DNA of 64,000 bases. Origin: Candidatus Thalassarchaeaceae archaeon. Its GTDB lineage: Archaea; Thermoplasmatota; Poseidoniia; MGIII; CG-Epi1. The notes below the pieces were generated by a model, which was not told the DNA's origin, searched no databases, and was given only the letters and a program-made list of their open reading frames with translations. A program made the position numbers and the translations under genes. The stretch covers positions 66-64,065 of the forward strand of contig CAUYZR010000001.1 in NCBI GenBank assembly GCA_963577905.1, written 5' to 3'. Of the stretch, positions 26,618-37,225 are shown one piece after another (positions within the stretch are counted from its first letter, which is position 1; each line of letters opens with the position of its first letter).

Positions 26618-26643
26618 TCTACAAGACAGGGGTATAAATTACG

Positions 26644-27663
26644 TTATATTTCAGTCATCCATCCGAATTCGTCTTTTCCAGTTCCAAACTGAATGGCTGT
26701 TAGTCCGTCATAAAGTTTTTTGGTCATCTTGCCCACCATGCCTCCTGAAAAGATGTGTTCTTTACCTTGATAGTTTATGGATCCTATTGGTGCAATAATC
26801 GCTGCAGTACCTGCACAGAAAACCTCATCTGCTGACAGGGCCTCATTAACACTGATTCGCCTTTCTTCGATCTTTAGGCCCATTTTTTCATGTGCCAGAT
26901 ACAACACTGATTCCCTAGTCACTCCCGGGAGTATGGAACCCGTCAGTTCCGGGGTAATTATCCTGCCGTCAATTATTGCAAAGAAGTTGGCCGCACCGAC
27001 TTCCTCAATGTATTTTTCCTCGGCAGCGTCAAGATAAATCACCTCAGCATACCCCTGCTTCTTTGCTAATCCACTGGGCAGCATCCCAGGTACATAATTT
27101 CCTATTGCCTTCACGCCCCCCGTCCCTTTCAGTGGCGCCCTGTGATAGTCATTGGTAACTATGAGTCTTATTGGCGCCAGCTCTCCTTTGAAGTAAGGAC
27201 CTACTGGGCAGACATACACTACAAAGGTATATTCCGTCGACGGTGCGACACCTAACCCAGCCCCGGATCCAAATATAATTGGCCTGACATACAGCGCTCC
27301 CTGTTCGGTGCTGGGGATGTAGTCTGCGTTATCCCTTACCACTTTCTTGGCCGCATCCAGAAACAGATTCGCAGGTATTTCGGGCATAGAAAGTCTGGAA
27401 CAGCCTCTAGCTGCCCTCTCAGCATTCTTTTCCGGTCTGAAGATTACAGTTTTTCCATTATTCCATTTGTAGGCTTTCATACCCTCAAATAGGCCTTGAC
27501 CGTAGTTCAGTACTCCGGCTGCAGGAGATATCCGCAGATCATCAAAAGGAACTATGCTTCCAGATTGCCATTCACCTCCCAATTCACACTTGGCCACGTA
27601 CATCGACCTGGTTTTAGTGAAATTGAAAGTCAGGTTATCAAGGTCGATGTCGTTTGATTTCAA
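26644..27663 (-). CDS. ilvE: Branched-chain amino acid aminotransferase
   Basis: LNYGQGLFEGMKAY, YVRP, KAIGNY, EEVGAANFF, ILPGVTR, GTAA. Confidence 0.94.
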   Translation of the reverse strand: MKSNDIDLDNLTFNFTKTRSMYVAKCELGGEWQSGSIVPFDDLRISPAAGVLNYGQGLFEGMKAYKWNNGKTVIFRPEKNAERAARGCSRLSMPEIPANLFLDAAKKVVRDNADYIPSTEQGALYVRPIIFGSGAGLGVAPSTEYTFVVYVCPVGPYFKGELAPIRLIVTNDYHRAPLKGTGGVKAIGNYVPGMLPSGLAKKQGYAEVIYLDAAEEKYIEEVGAANFFAIIDGRIITPELTGSILPGVTRESVLYLAHEKMGLKIEERRISVNEALSADEVFCAGTAAIIAPIGSINYQGKEHIFSGGMVGKMTKKLYDGLTAIQFGTGKDEFGWMTEI

Positions 27664-28973
27664 TTGTTGTTCTCCATGAATTTTTGCAATCTATCTTCTA
27701 AAACTGGGATATCTTTCGAATCTATAAAGGATATGCAAACCCGCAACCCTTCATGCCTATTTGAGCCGGTCGATTTTAGAGTAATTGTTGAAATTCCATA
27801 TTTCAACAATTCCAGCATTAGGTGGTTCCCGTCATAGTTAGGATAGGACATTGTAAGATAGAAACCGTCGCCTACAGGCTCATCCATGTCCTTGTCATAA
27901 ACTTGTTTAAAACCGTATTTCAAGAATATTTTCCTGACGTGGCTTGCCCTTTTCCCATAAATTCGGGTAGTATCTATAAAATTGAAATCACCCTTGGCCG
28001 CACTTTCAAGCATTTTTGATAGGGCATACTGTGCAGTGTGGCTGGCTCCCGAGGTCGTTACGTACAAGCCCCCAAGGGAAAATGCGTGGCCAAATCGGCT
28101 CCTTCCACAAAACGATTTCAAACCCTCGAATTCCTGTTCGTTGAGTTCAGGAGAGATGACTGCGATTGCACATCTTGGTCCAGGGAATGAGAAAGCCTTG
28201 GATGCTGAGATTAGTGTAATCCAGTTGGTACCGAATTTGCCAATCGAAGGTATGTATGGTTCTGAGTATGGTACCGAATAATCTTTTCTGAAATCCATTC
28301 CCAAATACGCGAGATCCTCAATCGCCAGTATTTGATTCTCATCACATATTCGGGCTATTTCTTTCAATTCTTCTTTAGTCAAACAAGACCAGCTAGGGTT
28401 GTTTGGTGAGGACCATAGAATTCCTCCAATATCTCCCTTGGAAATCCGTTTTTCCATTGCTTCCACTAGTTCTGGCCCTCGATTATCATACAGTTCGATT
28501 CCATCACTTTCCAATCCGAGAAAACGAGCTTGATATCTGGTTACTGGGAAGGTTGGGTCAAGATATAATATAGTCTTCTTTCCCGGATGCATATTCCCCG
28601 CTAGGGCTTGTGAAATGTATCCACCTTGCAATGATCCACATGTAGGTATTACATGTTCAGGTTTCACATCCAAATCGAGAAACGCCTTAACAAAATCACT
28701 TCCAGCTTTCTTCAATTGCGGGATTCCATCAAAGGGTGGATAAGTACCTTGTAAACCGTCATCGATAGCCTTTTTCTCAGCTTCCTTTGCGATATCAGGA
28801 GTAGGAATGTTAGGAATGCCCATCTCCATCCTTACAAATTCAATTCCACATTCTTTACTTATAAGAGATGCCAAACGATTGGTCTCACGTATTGACAAAT
28901 TGTTAGAATCGTACCCAGTTTCATTGAAAATTTTGGACAGCGTCCCTTTAGGTATCGGTACTGATTTTGTCAA
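27660..28973 (-). CDS. PLP-dependent aminotransferase class I/II
   Basis: SPNNPSW, EDLAY, SASKAFSFPGPR. Confidence 0.9.
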   Translation of the reverse strand: MTKSVPIPKGTLSKIFNETGYDSNNLSIRETNRLASLISKECGIEFVRMEMGIPNIPTPDIAKEAEKKAIDDGLQGTYPPFDGIPQLKKAGSDFVKAFLDLDVKPEHVIPTCGSLQGGYISQALAGNMHPGKKTILYLDPTFPVTRYQARFLGLESDGIELYDNRGPELVEAMEKRISKGDIGGILWSSPNNPSWSCLTKEELKEIARICDENQILAIEDLAYLGMDFRKDYSVPYSEPYIPSIGKFGTNWITLISASKAFSFPGPRCAIAVISPELNEQEFEGLKSFCGRSRFGHAFSLGGLYVTTSGASHTAQYALSKMLESAAKGDFNFIDTTRIYGKRASHVRKIFLKYGFKQVYDKDMDEPVGDGFYLTMSYPNYDGNHLMLELLKYGISTITLKSTGSNRHEGLRVCISFIDSKDIPVLEDRLQKFMENNN

Positions 28974-29066
28974 ATGTTAGGCCTCTAAATGAAGTTCAGG
29001 AGAGCCTATGCTAAAAGGTTTGCATAATCTTTATAATGGATTTATTGCTTTTGATAAGTAACTAAT

Positions 29067-29873
29067 ATGATGCCAGTTGAGTTAACAGGTAATTTATTCA
29101 AGGAACTGAGAGGGAGAGCCTGTCGACTTCTTGCTGTGGAGGGCTGGACTCAGTCTAGATTGGGCAAGTCATTGGGTGTCAGTCAAGTGATGGCTGGCAA
29201 TTATTTGCATACATTACCAACGCATTTTGCTGAACCAATAGAGAGTGACCTAGAAGAGGCAGCCCAATCATTGGCAGAGATATTGAAAAGCGGTGACGTT
29301 TCGCGATGGACACTTAAGCTGATAGTCGACGAACAGGAATTAAGTCTTCGTTTTCCATTTCAAGATAGTCGTGAGACAACATTGGTCCAGATCGCAGGTA
29401 TGAGAAGACGCCTTTCGAATTTGATTCCTCTTTTGTCCCCTCAAGTCAGGGTCAATATTGCGATGGCTACTAGTGATGCTGTTGACAAATCGGGAATCGC
29501 AGCTTTTCCTGGTCGTCTGACTCCAGTAGATGGCCGAGCACGCCCCTTATATTCACCTAAATTTGGTGGTTCTTCTCATCTATCTAATTTACTCTTGGAT
29601 ATTCGTAAATTCAATTCCGATGCTTGCGTGATAATAAATCTGAGATGGGATTCTGTTGTCTTAGACCTGCTAAAAAGAATGCAAATCCATCCTTTGGTAT
29701 TACAAAGAGAAGGTGAAAATCTGGTGATAAGTAAGGAAGTTGTCAAAACTGAAGTTCTTGTAGATGAGGGCGGTCATGGTTTTGAACCTTCGCTGTATGT
29801 ATTTGGTGACTCCACAGAAAGTGTGGCTAGAATTGTAGAGGAGCTGGGGCATTCATTGGAGGTTATGGCGTGA
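29067..29873 (+). CDS. thiR: ThiR-like regulator (HTH + ThiN/thiamine-phosphate-synthase-like domain)
   Basis: WTQSRLGKSLGVSQ HTH; PQVRVNIA, AAFPGRL, PKFGGSSHL, DEGGHGFEP. Confidence 0.8.
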   Translation: MMPVELTGNLFKELRGRACRLLAVEGWTQSRLGKSLGVSQVMAGNYLHTLPTHFAEPIESDLEEAAQSLAEILKSGDVSRWTLKLIVDEQELSLRFPFQDSRETTLVQIAGMRRRLSNLIPLLSPQVRVNIAMATSDAVDKSGIAAFPGRLTPVDGRARPLYSPKFGGSSHLSNLLLDIRKFNSDACVIINLRWDSVVLDLLKRMQIHPLVLQREGENLVISKEVVKTEVLVDEGGHGFEPSLYVFGDSTESVARIVEELGHSLEVMA

Positions 29874-31309
29874 TTTCAGTAGGCATAGGATATATTCTTC
29901 TGCTTGCGACGCTTGTGTTTTTTACCTGGCTAGGATATCGAGAGTCAGTTGGCAAGGAATTGGATAATGACCAATTCCTGTCGGCGCGAGGCAGCCAGAA
30001 TTGGATCATGATTGGTTTAAGTCTGTTCGCATCGGGAATGGGTGTGTGGATCCTGTTTGGACCTTCGGAAGTTGGATATTATGGTGGTTTTTACGACGTA
30101 ATGGGCTATGCTTTGTCTTCTGCAACCCCTTTTCTGTTATTGGCATATTTAGGGCCATTAATCAGAAAATTAACACCAGAGGGCGTAACTCTTGCAGATT
30201 ATGTTCGTCAAAGAATGGGCCGCACGATGCAAATCTATGTGGGAGTAATTTCTATAATTTACATGTTCACATTCATGTTTGCAGAATACATTGCGATAGG
30301 TAGAGCAGTTGAATTCTTATCGGGTATAGATTCACTGGTTCCGATTATAGGGGTTGCACTGGTCACGACTTTCTATACTGTAATGGGTGGCTTGCCAGTA
30401 TCTATTAAGACAGATCGTATTCAGGCATTTTTCATAGTCTGGTTGATAGGCTGCATCGTTATTTTTATCTTCAATGAAGGAATTAGCAGTACTTTTGATG
30501 ATGCCAAAGCATACACACCAGAAGATTTGGAATATGGATGGAAACATGGCAGTATCAGTGACTATTCAACCTTTGAAGCTGGTCTGGCTCTTGTTTTGGC
30601 AATAACTGCGGCTGAGATGTTTTCACAAGGTAACTGGCAGCGTACATGGGCCTCGAAGGATGATAATTCTTTACAGAAAGGTGCTCTCCTAGCATCCCTA
30701 CTGTGTTTCATCGCAGTCTTGCTCTTTGGTTTTCTAGGAACCACCGTAGCAGGTAGAGGTTCTCTCTCAGATCCTTCACTATCGTTCTTCGAATTAATTC
30801 ATGACTATCCTGAAGCAATTCTGTCAATGTTCCTAGTTCTTGGAATCGCTTTGGTATGCTCTAGCGTTGATACACTCCAGAATGCGGTTGTTGCAGTAGT
30901 GTCCCGAGATTTATCAGATTCTAGGTTGGGTCTACAGGAAGCACGTTATGTCACACTTGCTACAGTGCCTGTTGCTATAATATTGACCTGGTACTTTGCT
31001 GATGATGCCCTCAGTGTATTCCGAATATTTCTTGTGGCTGATTTATTTGCTGCAGCCACAGTATTGCCCATTTTCCTGTCCCTCTCAAATAGAATCACTT
31101 CGACAGGTAGTTTGGTTGGGGCCATCTTTGGTTTGATTTCTGTTGTTATTTACGGAACAATAATATCGGATTTGCAAACAGGTATCGATTACTTGACGAA
31201 TCCCGTTAATGAGTATGGCCTGGCCAATCTATGGATCTTCGTATCAGCTCTTGCAGGTTCAGCCTTCGTCACTATTGCTGTCTCTGAATTTGAGAATAGT
31301 CAATCATGA
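29870..31309 (+). CDS. Sodium:solute symporter family protein (candidate thiamine or precursor uptake)
   Basis: About 13 TM helices, GGLPVSIKTDRIQ, WQRTWA, SSVDT; overlaps the thiR stop. Confidence 0.85.
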   Translation: MISVGIGYILLLATLVFFTWLGYRESVGKELDNDQFLSARGSQNWIMIGLSLFASGMGVWILFGPSEVGYYGGFYDVMGYALSSATPFLLLAYLGPLIRKLTPEGVTLADYVRQRMGRTMQIYVGVISIIYMFTFMFAEYIAIGRAVEFLSGIDSLVPIIGVALVTTFYTVMGGLPVSIKTDRIQAFFIVWLIGCIVIFIFNEGISSTFDDAKAYTPEDLEYGWKHGSISDYSTFEAGLALVLAITAAEMFSQGNWQRTWASKDDNSLQKGALLASLLCFIAVLLFGFLGTTVAGRGSLSDPSLSFFELIHDYPEAILSMFLVLGIALVCSSVDTLQNAVVAVVSRDLSDSRLGLQEARYVTLATVPVAIILTWYFADDALSVFRIFLVADLFAAATVLPIFLSLSNRITSTGSLVGAIFGLISVVIYGTIISDLQTGIDYLTNPVNEYGLANLWIFVSALAGSAFVTIAVSEFENSQS

Positions 31310-31908
31310 GGAAGCAAGAAATCGCCTTCTATCAGTAACAGGTTACCGCTGTGGCATTCAATTGTCACCTTTCCCGAGGCTCCAATCTCGTTATGAATGC
31401 CTCTGCCACCGATTCTTAGCTTCTCATGCTGTAGATTCCATCTTGCACCTTCTACACTGATACGTGCCTCAGGCATAGCGATTAGCGAGAAGATAGTGTT
31501 TTCGGGACCTTCTATGGTCTTAGATTCATCAACACAATGTATTGTAAATTTATCATCAATTAATTTGACCCTTGAATCAAATACTATACCCAAAGCTGCT
31601 AGCGTATGGTCGATTCTTCCTCCTGACCATCCTATAACTATAACTTCTTCTGCCCTCTTTTCGAATGCATGGTCCACTGCCTTTTCCAGATCCGTTTTCT
31701 GGACATTTTTATTTGAAATGGTCCATTCTTCGAGCTTAGTGATTGTCTTGTCAGATACCGAATCCAAATCACCTATAATCACATCAGGGGTGATATTATA
31801 CTTCAATAACCTATCAGCCCCAGCATCTGCAGCTATTACTAGTGAATTTTTTGCTAGTTCTATGACTTTACTATCCAATGGTCTGTTACCAACGACTAGT
31901 GCTCTCAA
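31300..31908 (-). CDS. Thiamine pyrophosphokinase
   Basis: IAADAGA, IIGDLDS, KTDLEKA, GGRIDHTL. Confidence 0.9.
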   Translation of the reverse strand: MRALVVGNRPLDSKVIELAKNSLVIAADAGADRLLKYNITPDVIIGDLDSVSDKTITKLEEWTISNKNVQKTDLEKAVDHAFEKRAEEVIVIGWSGGRIDHTLAALGIVFDSRVKLIDDKFTIHCVDESKTIEGPENTIFSLIAMPEARISVEGARWNLQHEKLRIGGRGIHNEIGASGKVTIECHSGNLLLIEGDFLLPHD

Positions 31909-33089
31909 ATCAAATCGCCAATTTCCGCCAGAATCTCAGGGTGGTGTTCTTCTAAGACCGCCAAAATTCCAGCTACTGTTGGTTCTTCCACTCCGACGTC
32001 AGCCATTGTCTTGACCACAGCATCTATTGATTCCGGTTCGACCTCTGTCAGTTTTGTTTTTGCTAGATATGAATGATAGAGCCGGTCTTCCATGACCTTT
32101 CTCCATTCCATATCATATTCCTGCATTGCTTCTTTAGAGTAATCCTTTGTTTTAGTGGCCTTTCCAATTATACGTCCGGCAATTTCTCCAGACAGACAGG
32201 CGTTTGCCACCCCTCCTCCTGTAATGGAATCAATTTGTCTTGCAGCGTCTCCAACTAGGATAACACCAGCCCCAGCGGTCTTCTCCAGAGGTTCCGAAAG
32301 AGACACACCACCGCCCTGAATATCAATACATTTTCCTTTCGAGAAATGTTTGTGATTCTCTATAAACTGGTCCAATAATACTTTTATTTCTCCTGGATCC
32401 TTAACTCTACTGACCATGCATCCAATCCCTACATTGGATTCGTTCGACGATTTTGGGAATGACCAGATATATGCTCCTTTGCTCCCCTTTGCCAGGTAAA
32501 ATTCGCAATATTCAGGATCTATATCCAAGTCAATCAGAGTGTACTGCAATGCCCCACACATATCGGCAGGTTTCCGATGGGTGGGTAGGTTCGCCCATCT
32601 CCCAACTTGGGACTCAAACCCATCTGCCCCAACAACAACGCCACATGTTATCTCGGACTCTTTGCCGTTCGAATCACGAATCTTTACCCCGCCAACATAT
32701 TCTCCATTCCAAAGCAAATCTGTGACAGTTACTCCAGTTCTTACTTCCGCTCCATCATCCTCTGCCAATTTAGCCAGAAATTGGTCCAGTTTATCACGAT
32801 GTATGACCATCCCAACCTCGGTACCCAGATTGTCATCCTCTATCGTCAAAGAGTTTCCATTGGGTGAATAGATCTTTGCGCCTCTCACTCGATTAGCGAT
32901 CCAATCCCCTTCCAGTGGTACACCAACCATTTCCAGCCATTTTGGTGCTATTCCTTCTCCACATCGAACCGGCACCCCGATTTCGTCCCTTTTTTCCAGA
33001 AGGAGTGTTCTGGCCCCGTTTTTAGCTGCGAATCTGGCAGTTGTGCTACCCCCTGGCCCAGCGCCTACCACAACAGTATCGTAATCCAT
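31905..33089 (-). CDS. Geranylgeranyl reductase (digeranylgeranylglycerophospholipid reductase-like)
   Basis: VVGAGPGG, PVRCGEG, GADG, YIWSFPK, VGDAA, TGGG. Confidence 0.88.
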   Translation of the reverse strand: MDYDTVVVGAGPGGSTTARFAAKNGARTLLLEKRDEIGVPVRCGEGIAPKWLEMVGVPLEGDWIANRVRGAKIYSPNGNSLTIEDDNLGTEVGMVIHRDKLDQFLAKLAEDDGAEVRTGVTVTDLLWNGEYVGGVKIRDSNGKESEITCGVVVGADGFESQVGRWANLPTHRKPADMCGALQYTLIDLDIDPEYCEFYLAKGSKGAYIWSFPKSSNESNVGIGCMVSRVKDPGEIKVLLDQFIENHKHFSKGKCIDIQGGGVSLSEPLEKTAGAGVILVGDAARQIDSITGGGVANACLSGEIAGRIIGKATKTKDYSKEAMQEYDMEWRKVMEDRLYHSYLAKTKLTEVEPESIDAVVKTMADVGVEEPTVAGILAVLEEHHPEILAEIGDLI

Positions 33090-33172
33090 GACCTCCCAGT
33101 TTGATTGATTATAAAATGTTTACATGACTAGAACTGGAGAATTTACAAGATTTTGGGAGTTATGCATCTATT

Positions 33173-34129
33173 TCAGAAATGAATGCTTCCTTTGGGAGAT
33201 ACCAATGTCCGGCTTAAATCTTTTTCAAATGAGATTGCTGGTCCAATTACACAATCCTCTATGATACCACCATATCCCTTGACATCAGATAGTATGACCG
33301 TTCTCCTGATTACACACTTTTCCATTTTGGCATTAGGTCCTATTATGGCATTGGGACCAATAATACAGTCCTGTAATTCTGCACTTTCATGAATAAGTGA
33401 AGGTCCTCGTATGCTTGCCCCGCTATGAGCTGCAGTTCCATTATTACCAATGGATTTGAAGTTGGCTTCCAGATACGATTCAGGCGTTCCTGAATCAATA
33501 AAGTATCCTTCAAATGGGAAACCATACAATCCATTACCAGCTACTTTGGGGTAGATGTCTCTTTCAATAGAGATTTTCTGATTCGGAGGTATCATTTCCA
33601 GCACTTCAGGTTCAAGTAGATATGTTCCCGCGTTTATCAGATTTGATAGTTCTGTACCTCTTTCAGGTTTCTCTTGGAATTGTAATATCTGTCTCTCTTT
33701 CAGTTCGACTACTCCGAATCGGTTTGGATCTTCAACTTCCCACAAGGCCAGTGTACCCTTTGCTTTGGTCCTGATGTGTTGTTCCAGCATTTTGCTTAGG
33801 TCTACGGAGGTTACTACATCACCATTGAACACAGCGGTAGTCCCTGTAACATGATTGATGCAGTTTCTCATTGCCCCACCAGTGCCTAGAGGTTTTTCTT
33901 CAGGTACAATAATTATTTTTTTTCCAATATCCCTTCCCTCAAAATATGTTTTCATCTCGTATAGGCCATAATTTACGGCTAAAATTGCCATATCAAAAAC
34001 TTCTGGCAGATTTCTGACCATTAGTTCCACCATCGGTACGTTTGCCAAGGGAAGCAATGGCTTTGGAACTGTATGAGTCAGTGGCCTGAGTCTGGTCCCA
34101 AGTCCTCCAACCAGAATTATCGCTTCCAT
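33173..34129 (-). CDS. NDP-sugar pyrophosphorylase (sugar-1-phosphate nucleotidyltransferase)
   Basis: GGLGTRLRPLT, PKPLLP, PLGTGGA, FNGD, FQEKP, INAGTY, hexapeptide-like tail. Confidence 0.9.
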   Translation of the reverse strand: MEAIILVGGLGTRLRPLTHTVPKPLLPLANVPMVELMVRNLPEVFDMAILAVNYGLYEMKTYFEGRDIGKKIIIVPEEKPLGTGGAMRNCINHVTGTTAVFNGDVVTSVDLSKMLEQHIRTKAKGTLALWEVEDPNRFGVVELKERQILQFQEKPERGTELSNLINAGTYLLEPEVLEMIPPNQKISIERDIYPKVAGNGLYGFPFEGYFIDSGTPESYLEANFKSIGNNGTAAHSGASIRGPSLIHESAELQDCIIGPNAIIGPNAKMEKCVIRRTVILSDVKGYGGIIEDCVIGPAISFEKDLSRTLVSPKGSIHF

Positions 34130-34133
34130 GTTA

Positions 34134-34697
34134 TCAGTTATCTAGGCGATGATGTATTAATGTTATACAGGCTGAACTCAGCAAACTTTCTTTTCCCAAA
34201 CTAATTTTTGGTAATTTCTTCAATATTTCCATTTCTTCTTCGGTTGGATTCTTGTCGTCTCCAAGTACAAACGTATTTGCGTCATTCATCACGACTTCAC
34301 CATTTTCACTGAGGAGTACCGGATTAGGCAACTTTTTCAAGACTTTATCCAAACCTATTCTTTCCATGGTTATTCCAGGGCTTGTTTCCATTGGTTCAGT
34401 CCCATTTTTGAATTTTATCAATCCATTTCTGATAAGGGCTGCCGTCGAACGCTCATCAGGATTTAGATAACGAATCTTCTCGCCACTAAAATGGACCGTG
34501 ACTGGAGGATTTGGAGGACCATTTAGAATCAACCAGATGTCAGTATCACGCCTTATACCGTGTGATTTCCAAAGGGCAGTGGTGACACACCTAACCAGAA
34601 CATCAAGTCTCCCAGCACCTCCGCAAAGATCATCCAATTTCCAATCCGCAACGGTATGTGCTCGGTGTCCAATTATCACAAAGTTTCTGTCGGCCAA
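34134..34697 (-). CDS. trmY: tRNA pseudouridine-54 N1-methyltransferase
   Basis: LDDLCGGAGRLDVLVRC, SHGIRRD, LNPDERSTA, FVLGD, ISLG. Confidence 0.92.
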   Translation of the reverse strand: MADRNFVIIGHRAHTVADWKLDDLCGGAGRLDVLVRCVTTALWKSHGIRRDTDIWLILNGPPNPPVTVHFSGEKIRYLNPDERSTAALIRNGLIKFKNGTEPMETSPGITMERIGLDKVLKKLPNPVLLSENGEVVMNDANTFVLGDDKNPTEEEMEILKKLPKISLGKESLLSSACITLIHHRLDN

Positions 34698-34726
34698 GGA
34701 TAGGGTCTACGCTGGTTGGATTAAAT

Positions 34727-34802
34727 TGGTGCGGGTGCCGGGATTTGAACCCGGGTTGGTGGCTTGGGAAGCCACAGTCATGCCAGACTAGACCACACCC
34801 GC
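34727..34802 (-). tRNA. tRNA-Gly (CCC)
   Basis: Reverse complement GCGGGTG...GTGGC-TTCCCAA-GCCAC...GGTTCAAATCC...CACCCGCACCA. Confidence 0.97.
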
Positions 34803-34813
34803 TCAGTCCAAGA

Positions 34814-37147
34814 TTATTTTTTCGTCTTTTTCTTTGGGGTTTTCTTCTTCGGCGTTTCTTCTACCATTTCGGCGTCTTGAACATCATCAAAGTTCCATTC
34901 CTCAACCTTTCCAAAATCTTTGTTCTTCATCTGCCTTAGGCTGAATGTGGCCATCATTACCGCCCCCACTGCAAATGCTAACACACCAGGATAAATCGAA
35001 GGTTCCTCAGTTAATCCCAAATAGATTCCTGAAACAGCCATTGCTGCCAAACCAATTCCCATTATGGCCTCCCCGGCGATTAATCCAGAGGCAAACAGTA
35101 TTCCTGGGCTGTGAAGTTTCTCTCTTTCTTGCGATAATTTCTCTTCTTGCCCTTTCTTGAAAAGTTCAGGTCTTTCTTTCTTTAGAGGGCTATTGAATTT
35201 GCGGTCAATGTACATCTTTATCATTCCCCCAATGAATATCGGGACAGTCATCTTGAGACTGAGGTACATTCCAACGGCTACAGCCATTATAGATATATTC
35301 AATCCGCCTCTGTCTCTTATCCAGAGTTGTGTGGCTCCAACAAGTAGACTCCCTGAGAATAAGAATGCAGGTATTGCGCCCTCTAGAAACCCTCCGATTA
35401 GGAAAAGGACGTAGGCACAGATCAGAATGTTAACATATTCACCAGTATGTCTAAGTGCTATCAGACAAAATGCAATTCCGGTCCCCATGAAAACCATGGA
35501 CCAGTCCATTCCACCACCTAGGATTCCATTTGTTATACTAGCCATCAAAAAGGCCTGAGGGGCCTCAAGATCCCCATTGATGATCTGGTCTGCAAGTAAA
35601 TTAAGAACCAGAGGAATTACTAGAGCTCCTGCTGCAACGCCCACGATTTGCCCAATCTGCTGGCGCCATGGTGTGGCCCCAACTATGTATCCAGTTTTCA
35701 GATCCTGAAGATTATCCCCAGAGATTGCTCCTGCACAAGCTACGAATGCTGCTACACCTATGACTGCAACTTGTAATTCAGCCGTGTTTTCACCACCATA
35801 CACCAGACTGTTCAACAACGCAAAAGTTGTTGCAGTCAGAATAACTACGATAATCGTTACTCCTGAAAGTGGATTGTTGCTGCTTCCTACTATACCTGCC
35901 ATATATCCTGCCACTGCAGCAAATAGAAATCCAGCCGTGAAAATTATGACCAGTGATAGTATTGCAGGTAGTAGTAGTCCGGAAACAAGCCACACCATGA
36001 AGAACATGGGAACTGCCATTGCAACACTGGTCACAGCGATTGATCTTGCAGGAAGATCCTCATCGGTTCGTAGTTCACTGCCTTTGGTAACGGTCTGTTT
36101 GGTTGCTTTAATCATTTCAGTGATACCTTTGATTAGAGCTTCACGCATGATTACCAAAGTGTACAATCCACCAACTAGCATAGTTCCTACTCCTACCATT
36201 CTTCTTCGGCCGTTGATATGATTTGCATAATCGCCGTAATTAATCACATCTCCAGACATTGCGGCACTCGTGATCTGTTCTATGAATGCATCAGTCGGAT
36301 TTAGAAGAGTACTCGCTATGGGCATTATGACAATCGCCCCTAAAAGTCCTCCAAAGAAAACAAAACTGGCAATTGCAGGGCCAACAATGTATCCTACACC
36401 TAGTAAGGCAGGGGAGAATTCAGCACCAAAGTAGAAAGTCGTTTTCGATTTGGCATAGGCAGCCGAGGAATTCAATTTTCCAGTAAAGGTGTAGAAACCT
36501 TGCCAACCATGTTCCCAGAGTCCAATACTAACTTGTTTCATTGTATTATCTACAGTTACCATTAGTGAGGACAGAATCTTGTACGCGGCACCGAAGGCAA
36601 TACCAGCAAAGATTGGCATTACCTGAGAACCCCCTTTCTCTCCGGCAACTAGCACTTCTGCGCAGGCCACACCTTCCGGATATGGCAATTTTTCCTTGAC
36701 TATGAAGATCCTTCTAAGACTTATCGAGAACATGACTCCGATTGTGCCACCAACCAGTGCTATTATCAGGGTCTTGAAATATGGAAATTCGGACCAGCCA
36801 ATCTCACCATTACTGGTCTGATTCATCACTAGAAGTGCAGGTAGAGTAAAGATTACTCCTGCGGCCAGTGATTCGCCTGAAGAAACGGCTGTTTGAACCC
36901 AATTATTCTCAAGAATATTTGTTCCTTTTGAAATATTGGCTTTTGCCAGACTTCTCAGAACAGCCATTGATATGACTGCCGCAGGAATAGAAGCACTTAC
37001 CGTCATTCCAACGTACAATCCTAGATAGACATTCGCAGCAGTCAGAAGCATTCCTAGAACAATGGCTAGAATGATTCCTTGTGTTGTTATTTCGGGTAAA
37101 ATGGTTGTTGCTGAAACGTAAGGTTTGTGTTCTTCATTGGATACCAT
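34814..37147 (-). CDS. OPT family oligopeptide transporter
   Basis: NVYLGLYVG, SASIPAAV, ENNWVQT, LPYPEGVACAEVL, DNLQDLKTG, APQA, ASGLIAGE. Confidence 0.93.
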   Translation of the reverse strand: MVSNEEHKPYVSATTILPEITTQGIILAIVLGMLLTAANVYLGLYVGMTVSASIPAAVISMAVLRSLAKANISKGTNILENNWVQTAVSSGESLAAGVIFTLPALLVMNQTSNGEIGWSEFPYFKTLIIALVGGTIGVMFSISLRRIFIVKEKLPYPEGVACAEVLVAGEKGGSQVMPIFAGIAFGAAYKILSSLMVTVDNTMKQVSIGLWEHGWQGFYTFTGKLNSSAAYAKSKTTFYFGAEFSPALLGVGYIVGPAIASFVFFGGLLGAIVIMPIASTLLNPTDAFIEQITSAAMSGDVINYGDYANHINGRRRMVGVGTMLVGGLYTLVIMREALIKGITEMIKATKQTVTKGSELRTDEDLPARSIAVTSVAMAVPMFFMVWLVSGLLLPAILSLVIIFTAGFLFAAVAGYMAGIVGSSNNPLSGVTIIVVILTATTFALLNSLVYGGENTAELQVAVIGVAAFVACAGAISGDNLQDLKTGYIVGATPWRQQIGQIVGVAAGALVIPLVLNLLADQIINGDLEAPQAFLMASITNGILGGGMDWSMVFMGTGIAFCLIALRHTGEYVNILICAYVLFLIGGFLEGAIPAFLFSGSLLVGATQLWIRDRGGLNISIMAVAVGMYLSLKMTVPIFIGGMIKMYIDRKFNSPLKKERPELFKKGQEEKLSQEREKLHSPGILFASGLIAGEAIMGIGLAAMAVSGIYLGLTEEPSIYPGVLAFAVGAVMMATFSLRQMKNKDFGKVEEWNFDDVQDAEMVEETPKKKTPKKKTKK

Positions 37148-37225
37148 GTTGCTTCCTCATTTCTCAAACAGTCATAAAGGCTTATGGGCCTCCGCAGTTT
37201 TTAAGCTCCCACTCTCTGCCATCTT

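Noticed and set aside
26627..26654. dif-like site (TATAA-N6-TTATA)
   Set aside because: Outer arms are poorly symmetric, the right arm is the ilvE stop region, and such a core can arise by chance in AT-rich DNA.
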